Source: Gemmatimonadaceae bacterium (lineage in GTDB: Bacteria > Gemmatimonadota > Gemmatimonadetes > Gemmatimonadales > Gemmatimonadaceae). From it: DNA of 64,000 nucleotides. The position numbers and the translations under genes are program-made. Below the pieces are notes generated by a model that worked only from the letters and a program-made list of their open reading frames with translations, ran no database searches and was not told where the DNA came from. The stretch spans positions 736,001-800,000 of the forward strand of contig JBHYGA010000004.1 of assembly GCA_051859245.1 (NCBI GenBank), written 5' to 3'. The stretch's first letter is position 1; every line of letters begins with the position of its first letter. Below are positions 19,955 to 30,500 of the stretch, piece after piece.

Positions 19955-21303
19955 TGTTCAACCGCCTGCGGGAGCAGTGATTCCGGGACCACGAGCGATT
20001 CGTTGTGCGGCGAGTCGACATCATCATGGTCGGCGGTATCGAGCAGGTCACTCGGAAGCTTCTTGCCGGGCTTGACGCCCAGTTCTCGCAGCAGCTCCGC
20101 TTGCCGAATCACATTGCCTTTCCCGCTACTGAGTTTCTTGCGCGCGTCAGTATAGGCTTGCTGCGCGGAATCGAGTCGTGCGCCGATGGTGTTGAGATCC
20201 GAGACAAACCCAACCAGCCGATCGTACATGTCGGCGCCTCGCTTGGCGATCTCTTTGGCGTTCCGGCTTTGCGCTTCTTGCCGCCATAAGTACGCCACCG
20301 TGCGCAGCACAAAGAGCAGCGTCGACGGACTGACCAGCAGTACGTTGCGGTCCCACGCGTCGGCGCAGAGCCGCTCGTCGTGCGTGACGGCGAGCATAAA
20401 CGCCGGCTCGATCGGCACGAACATCACCACAAAATCCAGCGAGGTGCCGTACAACTGGTCATACTTTTTCTCGGCTAGCCCCCGAATGTGCGTGCGCACG
20501 GATTGCAGATGCTCCCGGACAGCGCCCGACCGATCCTCGTCTGTCTGCGCTGACGCCGCACGCTCAAACGCGATCAGCGATACCTTGGCGTCAACAATGA
20601 TGCGCCGCCCTTCCGGCAACTGAATCACCACATCAGGCTGTTGCCGCTTCCCCTCCTCGTTCTGTTGCGAATCCTGTAGCACGAACTCGGCCCCTTCCCG
20701 CAGGCCCGCCTGCTCGAGAATGCGCTGCAGGATGAGCTCACCCCAGTTGCCCTGGTGTTTGTTCGACCCACGCAGCGCGCTGGTGAGATTCTTTGCGTCT
20801 TCGCTGAGCGACTGGTTGAGACTCACGAGTTGCTGCACCTGTTCCTTGAGTGCCGCGCGGTCTTTCCCCTCACTCACGTACACCTCTTCCACCTTCTGCT
20901 GAAAGTCTGTCAGTTTGGTGCGTAACGGATTCAGGAGCTCACCAATACGCTGTTGGCTATGCTCGGCAAATCGTTTGGCGTTGCCCTCCATGATTTCCGT
21001 CGCCACCAACTTGAACTGGGCGGCCAGCGCATCGCGAGCCGTATCGAATGCGGCCAGCTTGTCGGCGGTCGCGGCGCGCTCGGAAACAAGTTGCTGTTCA
21101 CACGTGGCCAGGCGCGTGCCCAGCTCGTAGTTGGCCTCTCGAAGCGCGTCTTCCTTCGCGCGTTGCGCTGCGCCCGCCGCTGCGACCGCCTCGTTCACCT
21201 GGGCCACCGCGCGCATCCGCATGAACGCAAACATCAACGCGGCGCCAGCAAACAGTCCGAGGACACACGCAAAAATGGCTGAGGCTGACACAGTGTCTTG
21301 CAT
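19951..21303 (-). CDS. rmuC: DNA recombination protein RmuC
   Basis: N-terminal TM helix, coiled coil, QGNWGELIL, QPDVVI..IIVDAKVSL, DFVVMFVPIEPAF, VSPSTLL. Confidence 0.95.
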   Translation of the reverse strand: MQDTVSASAIFACVLGLFAGAALMFAFMRMRAVAQVNEAVAAAGAAQRAKEDALREANYELGTRLATCEQQLVSERAATADKLAAFDTARDALAAQFKLVATEIMEGNAKRFAEHSQQRIGELLNPLRTKLTDFQQKVEEVYVSEGKDRAALKEQVQQLVSLNQSLSEDAKNLTSALRGSNKHQGNWGELILQRILEQAGLREGAEFVLQDSQQNEEGKRQQPDVVIQLPEGRRIIVDAKVSLIAFERAASAQTDEDRSGAVREHLQSVRTHIRGLAEKKYDQLYGTSLDFVVMFVPIEPAFMLAVTHDERLCADAWDRNVLLVSPSTLLFVLRTVAYLWRQEAQSRNAKEIAKRGADMYDRLVGFVSDLNTIGARLDSAQQAYTDARKKLSSGKGNVIRQAELLRELGVKPGKKLPSDLLDTADHDDVDSPHNESLVVPESLLPQAVEQ

Positions 21304-21375
21304 GAAGTCCGCTAGGGGGAAGGCGCTTCACGGATAGTGCATGGTGAGCGTGTTTCGCGGCAAGTGTAGCGCCCA

Positions 21376-21421
21376 ACAGAAACACGCGACAACGAATGCA
21401 CTGAGGCTTCGTTGTCGCGTG
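21376..21421 (-). terminator. Intrinsic terminator after the DUF3300 gene
   Basis: 14-bp perfect stem CACGCGACAACGAA (21383-21396) / TTCGTTGTCGCGTG (21408-21421), followed on the minus strand by TTTCTGTT. Confidence 0.75.
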
Positions 21422-21449
21422 CTTCTATATCGCCAGACCGGGTGCGTTG

Positions 21450-22883
21450 TTATCCTGGTTCAGGCGGCCGTCTCGAAATTCGTCCCGAACCTTGTGTGCT
21501 GCTCCCGCTCGATGCTGCGGGAACGGATCGCTCCACGGGCGGTGGACTCTGCCGCTGCACGGCCGGTGGCGCCGAGCGCTGCACTGGCGGCGGTGACGAG
21601 CGCTGCACTGGAGGTGGCGCGGAGCGTTGCATTGGCGGCGGCGCCGAGCGTTGCACCTCTGGTCGGGACGGCGCCGGCGCGGCACGCTGCGAGCCAATCA
21701 CGGTGCGCGCGCGATCACTGCGCTCCACCTGCGGTGCACTCGGCATCTCGCCGATCCGCCGTGTCGGTTCGCTGCGTATCACCCGTGACGGCTCACTGCG
21801 AATCACCTGCGGTGTACGATCTGCCTCCGCCCGTGCATTGAGCACGGCGCTGCGCGCCACGGCGCCACGCTCAACACGCGCTCGTGCGTCTTCTACGGCG
21901 CGACCCACATCACGCGACCGCTCCGCACGTGACCACGCTTCGCGCTCTCGCGCTTCGCGTTGCTCCCGCTCCCAGACAGCGTTGCGATCCGGGCCCCGAT
22001 TGCCGTTGCGCACTTCGGCAAAGTACACGTCACCGTGCACGCGCGGGTACCGATCCACGTTGCGATAATCAATCACCCATCGATCAACGTAGCGGTTCAC
22101 GTACACATACGAATATCGCGGATGCACGTACACATTGGTGATGCGCACGAATGGAAACGAGCGCGCGCGCCAACCACCACCATACGAAAAGTAGGCCCGG
22201 TTCCAGCCGTTGTAGTACACCGTGTGGCGGCCCCAATCGAGATCGTAGTTGAGCCAGCCGCCAATGGGGAAGCCCACGCCAAACGACCAGTAGCGGCTGC
22301 TGAACGATGCGCCAAAGATCGGACGCGAATACACCAGGAACGGATCATAGACCGGCACATAAATCACCTGCGCCTGCGCCGGCACAATGACATAGTTATT
22401 CGCTTCCCGCACAACCCGTTGCTGCTCGTTGCTGACCAGGTTGCCATGCTCGTCGGCGAGCGCGCGCATGCGCTGGGTCGCCAGCATCACATCGCTCGAC
22501 TGGTACGCGTAGGCCCGACCGAGCGTGGCCGTCCAGTCGGCTTTGTCGGCCATCATGTTGATCACCGACGGGTAGTGCGCAATGGCTTTGACGCTGACGT
22601 CCCACGGCATGTCGTCGATGCCATCGGTGCCGTTCGCGCGCACCCAGTCTGCGGCCACCTCTATTTGATCAGGGAACGTGGAGGCGACGAGCACCTGAGC
22701 GAGCAGCGCATCCGGATAGAGCGCCACTGGGCTGATCAGGTTGTCCAGCTGCGCGGCGCTGTAGCGGGGCATCTCCCTGGCCGCGACCACCGTGTCTTGG
22801 GCGTACAAAAAAGCGCTCCCCACAGTCCCCAGAATCAGGAGGCCAAGGGTTAGCGCGCCCGTGCGAACGACATTTCGCTTCAT
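21450..22883 (-). CDS. DUF3300 domain exported protein with Arg/Pro-rich repetitive tail
   Basis: QLDNLISPVALYPDALLAQVLVASTFP, WDVSVKA, QVIYVPVYDP; signal peptide. Confidence 0.9.
   Translation of the reverse strand: MKRNVVRTGALTLGLLILGTVGSAFLYAQDTVVAAREMPRYSAAQLDNLISPVALYPDALLAQVLVASTFPDQIEVAADWVRANGTDGIDDMPWDVSVKAIAHYPSVINMMADKADWTATLGRAYAYQSSDVMLATQRMRALADEHGNLVSNEQQRVVREANNYVIVPAQAQVIYVPVYDPFLVYSRPIFGASFSSRYWSFGVGFPIGGWLNYDLDWGRHTVYYNGWNRAYFSYGGGWRARSFPFVRITNVYVHPRYSYVYVNRYVDRWVIDYRNVDRYPRVHGDVYFAEVRNGNRGPDRNAVWEREQREAREREAWSRAERSRDVGRAVEDARARVERGAVARSAVLNARAEADRTPQVIRSEPSRVIRSEPTRRIGEMPSAPQVERSDRARTVIGSQRAAPAPSRPEVQRSAPPPMQRSAPPPVQRSSPPPVQRSAPPAVQRQSPPPVERSVPAASSGSSTQGSGRISRRPPEPG
21525..21656 (-). 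repeat. Coding 24-bp tandem repeat, about 5.5 copies (QRSAPPPV-like octapeptide)
   Basis: QRSAPPPM QRSAPPPV QRSSPPPV QRSAPPAV QRQSPPPV ERS. Confidence 0.85.
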
Positions 22884-23004
22884 AACACCACCAGCGTCAG
22901 GGTCCGATCGCTCCCACACGACCAGACGTCATGGACACAAATGTACCCCGAGTCACAGATTCTGTTCAGGGTTCCATCGTCCCACCCCGCCCAGGCATCG
23001 CGTG

Positions 23005-23901
23005 ATGACGCTGCAAATCGACCGGCTCTCCAAGACGTACGCGAATGGCGTACGCGCGCTCAACGATATCTCGCTCACCATCCCGGCCGGTATGTTCGGC
23101 TTGCTGGGTCCCAACGGTGCCGGGAAGTCGACACTCATGCGCACCATCGCGACGCTACAGCCGCCGGACAGCGGCACAATTCGGTTTGGCGATCTCGACG
23201 TGCTGGCGCAGCCCGAAATGTTGCGTGAACGTCTCGGTTACCTCCCTCAGGAGTTCGGGCTGTATCCCAATATGCCCGCCGAGGCGATTCTCGATCACTT
23301 CGCCACGCTCAAAGGCGTGGTGAATGCGGGCGAACGCAAGGAGCTGGTCGCGTCGCTCTTGCAGCAGGTGAATCTGTACGAAGTGCGCAAGAAGAGCGCC
23401 GGTGGTTATTCGGGTGGCATGAAACAGCGTCTTGGCATAGCCATTGCACTGGCGGGCTCACCGAAACTGCTGATCGTTGATGAGCCAACGGCCGGACTCG
23501 ATCCCACCGAACGCAATCGATTTCTCAACCTCCTGGCTGACATCGGCGAGGATGTCGTCGTCATTCTGTCCACGCACATTGTCGAAGATGTGCGCGAGCT
23601 GTGCTCACAAATGGCGATCATCAACAAGGGCCAGGTGGTGGTGCACGGCAATCCAGCGCGCATTCTTGACGAAGTGCGCGGGCGCATCTGGAAACGCACC
23701 ATTCCACGCGCTCAGGCCGACGACTATCGCGCGCGCTATGAGGTGATTTCCAGCAAGATGGCCGCTGGCAGCACGGTACTGCACGTGTACGCCGAAACCG
23801 ATCCGGGCGACGGATTCGCGGCGATTGAGCCTGATCTTGAAGACGTGTACTTCCATCGATTGGCGGAGGCATCAGGCGGTCGCGTTCCGGTGGAGGCGTA
23901 A
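23005..23901 (+). CDS. ABC transporter ATP-binding protein
   Basis: GPNGAGKST, YSGGMKQR, IVDEPTAGLD, LSTH. Confidence 0.95.
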   Translation: MTLQIDRLSKTYANGVRALNDISLTIPAGMFGLLGPNGAGKSTLMRTIATLQPPDSGTIRFGDLDVLAQPEMLRERLGYLPQEFGLYPNMPAEAILDHFATLKGVVNAGERKELVASLLQQVNLYEVRKKSAGGYSGGMKQRLGIAIALAGSPKLLIVDEPTAGLDPTERNRFLNLLADIGEDVVVILSTHIVEDVRELCSQMAIINKGQVVVHGNPARILDEVRGRIWKRTIPRAQADDYRARYEVISSKMAAGSTVLHVYAETDPGDGFAAIEPDLEDVYFHRLAEASGGRVPVEA

Positions 23902-26900
23902 ATGTTCAAACAGCTCTTCGCCTTTGAGTTGCGCGGACACTTCAGGCGACCCACGACATGGCTGTACGTCGCCATCATGTTCTTGCTGGCATTTTTCGCC
24001 ATTGGAACGGACGCCGTGCTCGTTGGGCCCAGTCTGGGGAAGGTCAAGCGCAACAGTCCCTATTCGATCGCGCAGATCTTCGCGATTCTCCTTGCGATCG
24101 GACAGATCATCACCAGTGCGCTCGTTGGAGCCACCGTGCTGCGCGACTACGAAGCCGGTGTGCATGAACTGCTCTTCACCACCCGCGTGACGCGTCGCGG
24201 ATATCTTGCCGCCAAGTATCTCGCTGCATTTCTGGCCATGCTGCTCGTATTTATGGCCGTGCCGGTTGGGGCGCTGCTCGGAAGCACCATGCCGTGGGTG
24301 GATGCAGAAACCATGCAGGCGATCAATGTGTGGCACTACCTGCAGCCAACACTCGTGATCGGCGTTCCCGGCATCTTCTTTCTGAGTGCGCTGCTGTTTT
24401 CGGTGGGCTCGATCACGCGCAGTGCGTTCGCCGTGTATGTGACTGGCATTCTGCTGCTGGTTGGCTACTCCGTTGGACAAACCCTCGTCGCCACGCTCGA
24501 TCGCGATCAGCTCGCGAATCTTCTCGATCCCTTCGCGCTGCAGTCAATTGAACTGACCACGCGCTACTGGACCACCGCCGAGAAGAACTCGCTCACGATA
24601 CCGCTTTCGGGTTTTATGGGTGCGAATCGCGCATTGTGGGGCGCGCTCGGCGCGGTCATGCTCTTGGCCGCATTTCAGCTGGTACGACTCGAAAAGGAGC
24701 CGCGCGCACTTGGACGTCGCAAACGTGCGACTGCCGCGACCAATACCGCCTCGGTGCCCACGCGGGTGACTGCGCGCACGGCAACTGGTACGCGGCCGGC
24801 GTACGCCGCACCGAGTCTGATCGCCGGATGGTGGACCGTCACCACGTTTCATGCGCGTTCGTTGCTGCGATCAACGCCATTTCTCGCGATCGCGGCAATT
24901 GGCCTGATCAACGTGATCATGAGCCTCTGGTTTGCCGACGAAAACGGACAAAGCAAGACCTGGCCGATGACGTGGCTGATGGCCGAAACCGCGGTGGGTG
25001 CGGCGGGGCTGTTTCAGGTTGTGCTGCTCACGTTCTACGCGGGTGAGCTCGTGTGGCGTGAGCGACAGGTCCGACTCGATCAAGTGCTCGATGCGGCACC
25101 AGTACGCACGGCGAGTGTGTTGCTTGGCAAAGTGTCGGCAATGCTGGTGTTGATGGCGGCCTTCGCTGTCGTTGGCGTGCTCGGCGGCATGCTGGTACAA
25201 CTCGCCAAGGGATTCTCGATCACCGATCCGCAGTTGTACGCCGTGTACTTGTTCGCGGTGGATTTTCCCGGCTGGTTCCCGATGGTGACGCTCGCGTTTC
25301 TGGTGCAGTCACTGGTGCCGCGAAAGCCCATTGGTCACGTGATCATGATTCTGATCTACTTCAGCACGATTGTGCTGTCGTCGATTGGCTGGGACTATTC
25401 CCTGTTGCAGCTCGGCGCCGTGCCATCGTTCACGTGGAGTGATCTCAATGGTGCCGGCATCTTCCCGCGCGCGTTCCTGAGCGTACACGGGTTCGGCATT
25501 TCTCTGGCACTCATATTCGGCGCACTGGCGTTTGTGGTGTGGCAGCGCGGTACCACCCGCGGGCACTACGCCGCGCGCCTGCGGAACAGTACGCGTGTTG
25601 TGCTCGGCGCTGGAGTTGCTGGTGCCGTCGCGTTTGGTGGCCTGTACTACTACAACACGAGCATTCTCAACTCGTGGCGTCCGCGAAAGGCCAATGAGCG
25701 TCGACAGGTTGCCTTTGAGCAGGCATGGCGGCCGTACGAAACTCTGGCGCAGCCCAAAGTTGTTGCTGTGTCCGTCGGGCTTGACCTCGAACCCTCGCGG
25801 CTCACCGCACGGTCGCACGGCACGATGACCATGGTGAATCGACACGCCCGAGCCATCGATACGATCTGGGTGAATGTGCCGGCCACGGATGGCGGCCTGC
25901 ACGTCACGATCGATACGCTCGCGTTTGATCGTGCGGCCGAGTGGATCGCGGGAGACTCGGCCTGGGGTGTGCACATGTTGCGACTTGCCTCGCCGCTGCA
26001 GCCGGGCGATTCCCTCAGGCTTCGCTTCGCACAATCGTTTGCGGTACTCGGGTTTACCGACGACGCCCCGGAATCAGCGCTGGTTGGAAACGGCTCATTC
26101 TTTGGACGCGACAAGTTCCCCATTATCGGATATGATCGCCGCGGCGAACTCACGAGCGACGAGCTGCGACGCAAGTATGGGTTGTCGCCAGCACGTCGAG
26201 CGCCGGCGCGCACCGACACGGCAGCCCTGAACCGGCTCGTGTTCGCGAACGACGCGGACTACATCACGTTTGAAGCAACCGTCAGTACCGATCCGGATCA
26301 GATTGCCATGGCGCCGGGCTATCTCGAACGCGAATGGCAGGCCAACGGCCGTCGGTATTTCAAGTACGTGATGGACGCACCGATCATGAACTTCTTCTCG
26401 GTGTTGTCAGCACGCTGGACCGTCACGAAAGGCGAGTGGAACAACATTCCGATCGAGATCTACCACCATCCTGCGCACACCTTCAATGTGGCGCGCATGA
26501 TCGAAGCGTCGCAGGCATCACTGGAGTTCTTCTCGCGTGAGTTTGGCGCGTATCAGCATCGCCAGCTGCGCATCCTGGAGTTTCCGCGCTATCAGGCGTT
26601 CGCACAGTCGTTCCCGAATACCGTGCCGTACTCCGAAGCGATCGGCTTCGTGGCGCGCCTCGACACCACCGATGTCGAAGACACCGACCTGCCGTACTTC
26701 GTGACCGCGCATGAAATCGCGCACCAATGGTTTCCGTATCAACGCCTTCCGGCCGACGCGGAAGGTGGACAAATGTTGTCGGAGTCACTCTCGGAATACG
26801 CCGCGCTGGTGATCGCCGAGCGCAAACACGGTCGCGCGTTTACGCAGAAGTTTCTGCGCGCTGAGCTGGACACCTATTTGCGCGGTCGTGCGGGCGAGAC

Positions 26901-27495
26901 CAAAGCGGAGCGTCCGCTCGAACGTGTCGACAATCAGGGCTACATTCAGTATCAGAAAGGTTCACTGGCGCTGTTCGCGCTGCGCGATCTCATCGGCGAG
27001 CGTGCGCTGCATGCCGGACTCCGCGCGTATCTCGATGAGGCGCGCTTTGGGGGGCCGCCTTTTGCCACGTCGGCTGACCTCATGCGCCACCTGCATGCGG
27101 CCACGCCAGACTCGTTGCGATACGCGGTGCAGGACTATTTCGAGACCATCACGCTGTGGGACGTCAAAGCGGACAGCAGTACGGTTATTGAGCAGCCCGA
27201 CGGACAGTTCAAAGTCACGCTCTTCGCGACATCAAGAAAGCTGCGAGCGGATTCGCTGGGCGAGGAAGCCGAGGTACCAATGGCCGACTACGTAGACGTG
27301 GGTGTCTTTGAGCCAGCGACAGCCGGTGCCCGTATCGGGAAGGCTATCGCGATCAGAAAAGAGCGTGTAAAAACCGGGAGCGGACGGTATGAATTTGTCG
27401 TACCCACTCGACCGGCACGGGTTGGCATCGATCCCTACAACCTGCTCATTGACCGCAACCCTGGAGACAACGCGCGCGACGTGGTCGGCAAATAG
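23902..27495 (+). CDS. ABC-2 type permease fused to an M1-family metallopeptidase domain
   Basis: Two blocks of TM helices, then a soluble domain with HEIAHQW..LSESLSEY and YQKG; starts immediately after the ATPase stop. Confidence 0.9.
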   Translation: MFKQLFAFELRGHFRRPTTWLYVAIMFLLAFFAIGTDAVLVGPSLGKVKRNSPYSIAQIFAILLAIGQIITSALVGATVLRDYEAGVHELLFTTRVTRRGYLAAKYLAAFLAMLLVFMAVPVGALLGSTMPWVDAETMQAINVWHYLQPTLVIGVPGIFFLSALLFSVGSITRSAFAVYVTGILLLVGYSVGQTLVATLDRDQLANLLDPFALQSIELTTRYWTTAEKNSLTIPLSGFMGANRALWGALGAVMLLAAFQLVRLEKEPRALGRRKRATAATNTASVPTRVTARTATGTRPAYAAPSLIAGWWTVTTFHARSLLRSTPFLAIAAIGLINVIMSLWFADENGQSKTWPMTWLMAETAVGAAGLFQVVLLTFYAGELVWRERQVRLDQVLDAAPVRTASVLLGKVSAMLVLMAAFAVVGVLGGMLVQLAKGFSITDPQLYAVYLFAVDFPGWFPMVTLAFLVQSLVPRKPIGHVIMILIYFSTIVLSSIGWDYSLLQLGAVPSFTWSDLNGAGIFPRAFLSVHGFGISLALIFGALAFVVWQRGTTRGHYAARLRNSTRVVLGAGVAGAVAFGGLYYYNTSILNSWRPRKANERRQVAFEQAWRPYETLAQPKVVAVSVGLDLEPSRLTARSHGTMTMVNRHARAIDTIWVNVPATDGGLHVTIDTLAFDRAAEWIAGDSAWGVHMLRLASPLQPGDSLRLRFAQSFAVLGFTDDAPESALVGNGSFFGRDKFPIIGYDRRGELTSDELRRKYGLSPARRAPARTDTAALNRLVFANDADYITFEATVSTDPDQIAMAPGYLEREWQANGRRYFKYVMDAPIMNFFSVLSARWTVTKGEWNNIPIEIYHHPAHTFNVARMIEASQASLEFFSREFGAYQHRQLRILEFPRYQAFAQSFPNTVPYSEAIGFVARLDTTDVEDTDLPYFVTAHEIAHQWFPYQRLPADAEGGQMLSESLSEYAALVIAERKHGRAFTQKFLRAELDTYLRGRAGETKAERPLERVDNQGYIQYQKGSLALFALRDLIGERALHAGLRAYLDEARFGGPPFATSADLMRHLHAATPDSLRYAVQDYFETITLWDVKADSSTVIEQPDGQFKVTLFATSRKLRADSLGEEAEVPMADYVDVGVFEPATAGARIGKAIAIRKERVKTGSGRYEFVVPTRPARVGIDPYNLLIDRNPGDNARDVVGK

Positions 27496-27555
27496 CCGTC
27501 TGGATCGAGACGTCAGAAGTGCACACTGGAGAGCGAGATTGGTTAGACTATCAGG

Positions 27556-30500
27556 ATGATGCATACCAGTCTCGCTCGCCCGTTCTCCGATGAGATCAGG
27601 GCGCGCGGAAAATTTCTGTTCTCTACCGGCGCCGTGCACATGGCGCACTCCGCGCCGGAACTTGTGCTCGCCGTTGTGCAGGCCGATGGCTCGTTCTCGC
27701 TCACCATTCGGGCAGAGCAGGGACAGCTCCTCCTCTCGTGCTCCTGCGACAGCGCAGTTGCCGGGATCGCCTGTGAGCACCTGTGGGCCTTCCTGCTGGC
27801 CATTCGCAACAACGGAGCGCTCGCGAACCTGCTGCGGAGCTCCGGCGATGTCACAGACGTCGTGGTTGGTCCGGATGCCGGCGCGTCGGAGGCCGAATCG
27901 CGTCTTGCCGCGTCACCGCCGCCGTCCATCCGATCGCCGCAAACGCCGTCCTGGCAGCACGCGATTGAACGCGCGCGCTGGCGCATGCAATACGAATACG
28001 ACACGGCGCTGCGCGAGCACGCCGAGTGGCCGGCGGATCGTCGACTGGTCTATGTGATCGATACGGTAGCGTCACGCAGCGCGCCTGGCGTGACCATCGA
28101 ACTGGCCACGGAGAAGCGCAATCGTGATGGCGTGTGGAGCACGCCCAAAACGTTTGCCTATTCCACCGCCATGTGGTTTGCCTCGCCGGAGGCGTCAGAT
28201 CAGGACATCGCCCGCGCGCTGCTCGGCGCGGCGCCGCTGCCCGACTTCGGGCGTGTACGCACGTCGTTTGTGCTCGCGGAATCCGGCGAGCATCCATTGC
28301 TGCGCAAAATCTGCAGCACCGGTCGGGCTCGTTTGCGAACGCATGGATCACGTACACACTTGCCGGCCGTTCGCTGGGATGACAGCAGCGCCGACGGCGC
28401 GCCGTGGACGTTCGAACTGGCCGTCAAGCGCATGCGCAGCGGCGAGCACGTGCTCGAAGGCGCGATCGTGCGGGGGGAACAGCGACTGCCAATCACCGCA
28501 CCGGATCTGCTGCACCCCAGCGGCGTGATCATCGTGAATGACAAGGTCGCACTCTTCAATCACGCTGGCGCGTTCCCCATGCTGACCGAGCTGCAAGCCG
28601 CGCCCGGCATGGCAGTGGGACGGGATGTCGCCGATGTGCTCACGCGGCTGTACTCCATGCCGCACGTGCCGGCGCTCACGTTGCCCGCCGAAGTTGCGAT
28701 TCAGCAGTCGCATGATGAGCCGGTTCCGCGATTGGTGTTCTCGGCCGACGCGGCGCCTGTATTGCGCAAGGACATGACGGGCATCCAGCTCGAGTTTCAG
28801 TACGGCACACAACGCGTGAAAGCCACCGATAGCGGCGCTTCACGATTCTGTCCGACCACGAACACGCTCTATCACCGACATGGTGAGGCCGAAGCGCGTG
28901 CACGCGCGCGACTGCTCACACTCGGCGCGACCGAGCTGCGTGATTTGACCACGCGACAGGAAGGGCTGGTGCTGCCGCGGTCGCGTATGCCGAATGTCGC
29001 GTTTCAGCTGGCGCGCGAAGGTTGGCAAGTGGAGGCCGAAGGTCGCGCGTTGCGAGCACCGGGCACGGTCCGCGCTACGGTGCGCACGGGGGTCGACTGG
29101 TTTGATCTCGATGGCGCCGTTGAATACGGTGATGCCACGGCGTCATTGACTGCGGTGCTCGAAGCGCGACGCAAAGGCGAAGACTCCGTGCAACTCAGCG
29201 ACGGTACTCATGGCTTGTTGCCGACGGATTGGCTGAGTCAGCTTGGACCATTGCTTGCCGGTGGCGAGCGCGGCGAAAGTGGTACGCGTTTTCGCAAGAC
29301 GCAGCTGTCGCTGCTTGATGCGTTGCTCGCTTCGTTGCCGGATGTCGATGTGGACGAAACATTCGCGACAGCGCGCACGAAGCTCGAAGGGTTTGATCAC
29401 ATCGTGCCCGCAGATGCACCGCCCACGTTTACGGGTGTGCTACGCGAATATCAGCGGGAAGGTCTCGGTTGGTTGCACTTCTTGCGCGAGTTTGGATTCG
29501 GCGGGTGTCTGGCCGACGACATGGGACTCGGCAAAACGATTCAGGTGTTGGCACTGCTCGAAGCACGACGCGTGGCGGGACATGGCCCATCGCTCGTGGT
29601 GGTGCCACGTTCGCTGGTGTTTAATTGGCAGCGTGAAGCGGAGAAGTTCGCGCCGCAGATGCGCGTGATGGACTGGGGCGAGTCTGAACGGCGTGTGGAC
29701 TTGTTCGATGCCACAAGCGTTGATCTCGTGATTGTGACGTACGGAACGCTACGGCGTGATGCCGTGCATCTTGGCGCGATCTCGTTTGATTACGTGGTGC
29801 TCGACGAAGCGCAGGCCATCAAGAACAGCAGCACGGCCACGTCCAAAGCCACGCGACTGCTGCAGGCAGAGCATCGTCTGGCCCTGAGCGGTACGCCAAT
29901 TGAAAACCGGATTGAAGAGTTGTGGAGTTTGCTCGACTTCCTGAATCCGGGAATGTTGGGCGGCTCCATGCGCTTCACGTCGCTGTTGCGAGACGCGTCG
30001 CCAGTGGCCGAGCATCTTGCCGTCGCGGCACCTGATGCAGCGGCCGCCGCTGAGAATGGCAGCGCGGCGGAGCATGCCGTCGCGGTTGAAGGTGAACCAG
30101 TGGCCGCAGAGGGCGATGCCGAAGTCGCGGCTGCGATGCACGACATACTCGCACGCGCGCTGCGTCCCGTAATTCTACGTCGCACCAAAACAGAAGTGGC
30201 GCCCGAACTGCCGGAACGGGTGGAGAGCACACTCGAAGTTGAGCTGGAGCCGGATCAGCGCGCGTTCTACAACGAACTGCGCGATCGTTACCGCTCGAGC
30301 TTGCTGCAAATGGTCGACCGCGAGGGGCTGCAGAAGTCGCGCATGCACATTCTCGAAGCCCTGTTGCGGCTTCGTCAGGCGGCGTGTCATCCGCAGTTGG
30401 CCGACGCCACCAAGAAGAACTTGCCAAGCGCCAAGCTCGACGCGCTGATTCCGGCGTTGGCCGAAGTGAGCGCCGAGGGAAACAAAGCGCTGGTCTTCTC

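Noticed and set aside
21525..21656. 24-bp repeats as a possible mini-CRISPR
   Set aside because: Tandem, spacer-less and in frame within a CDS
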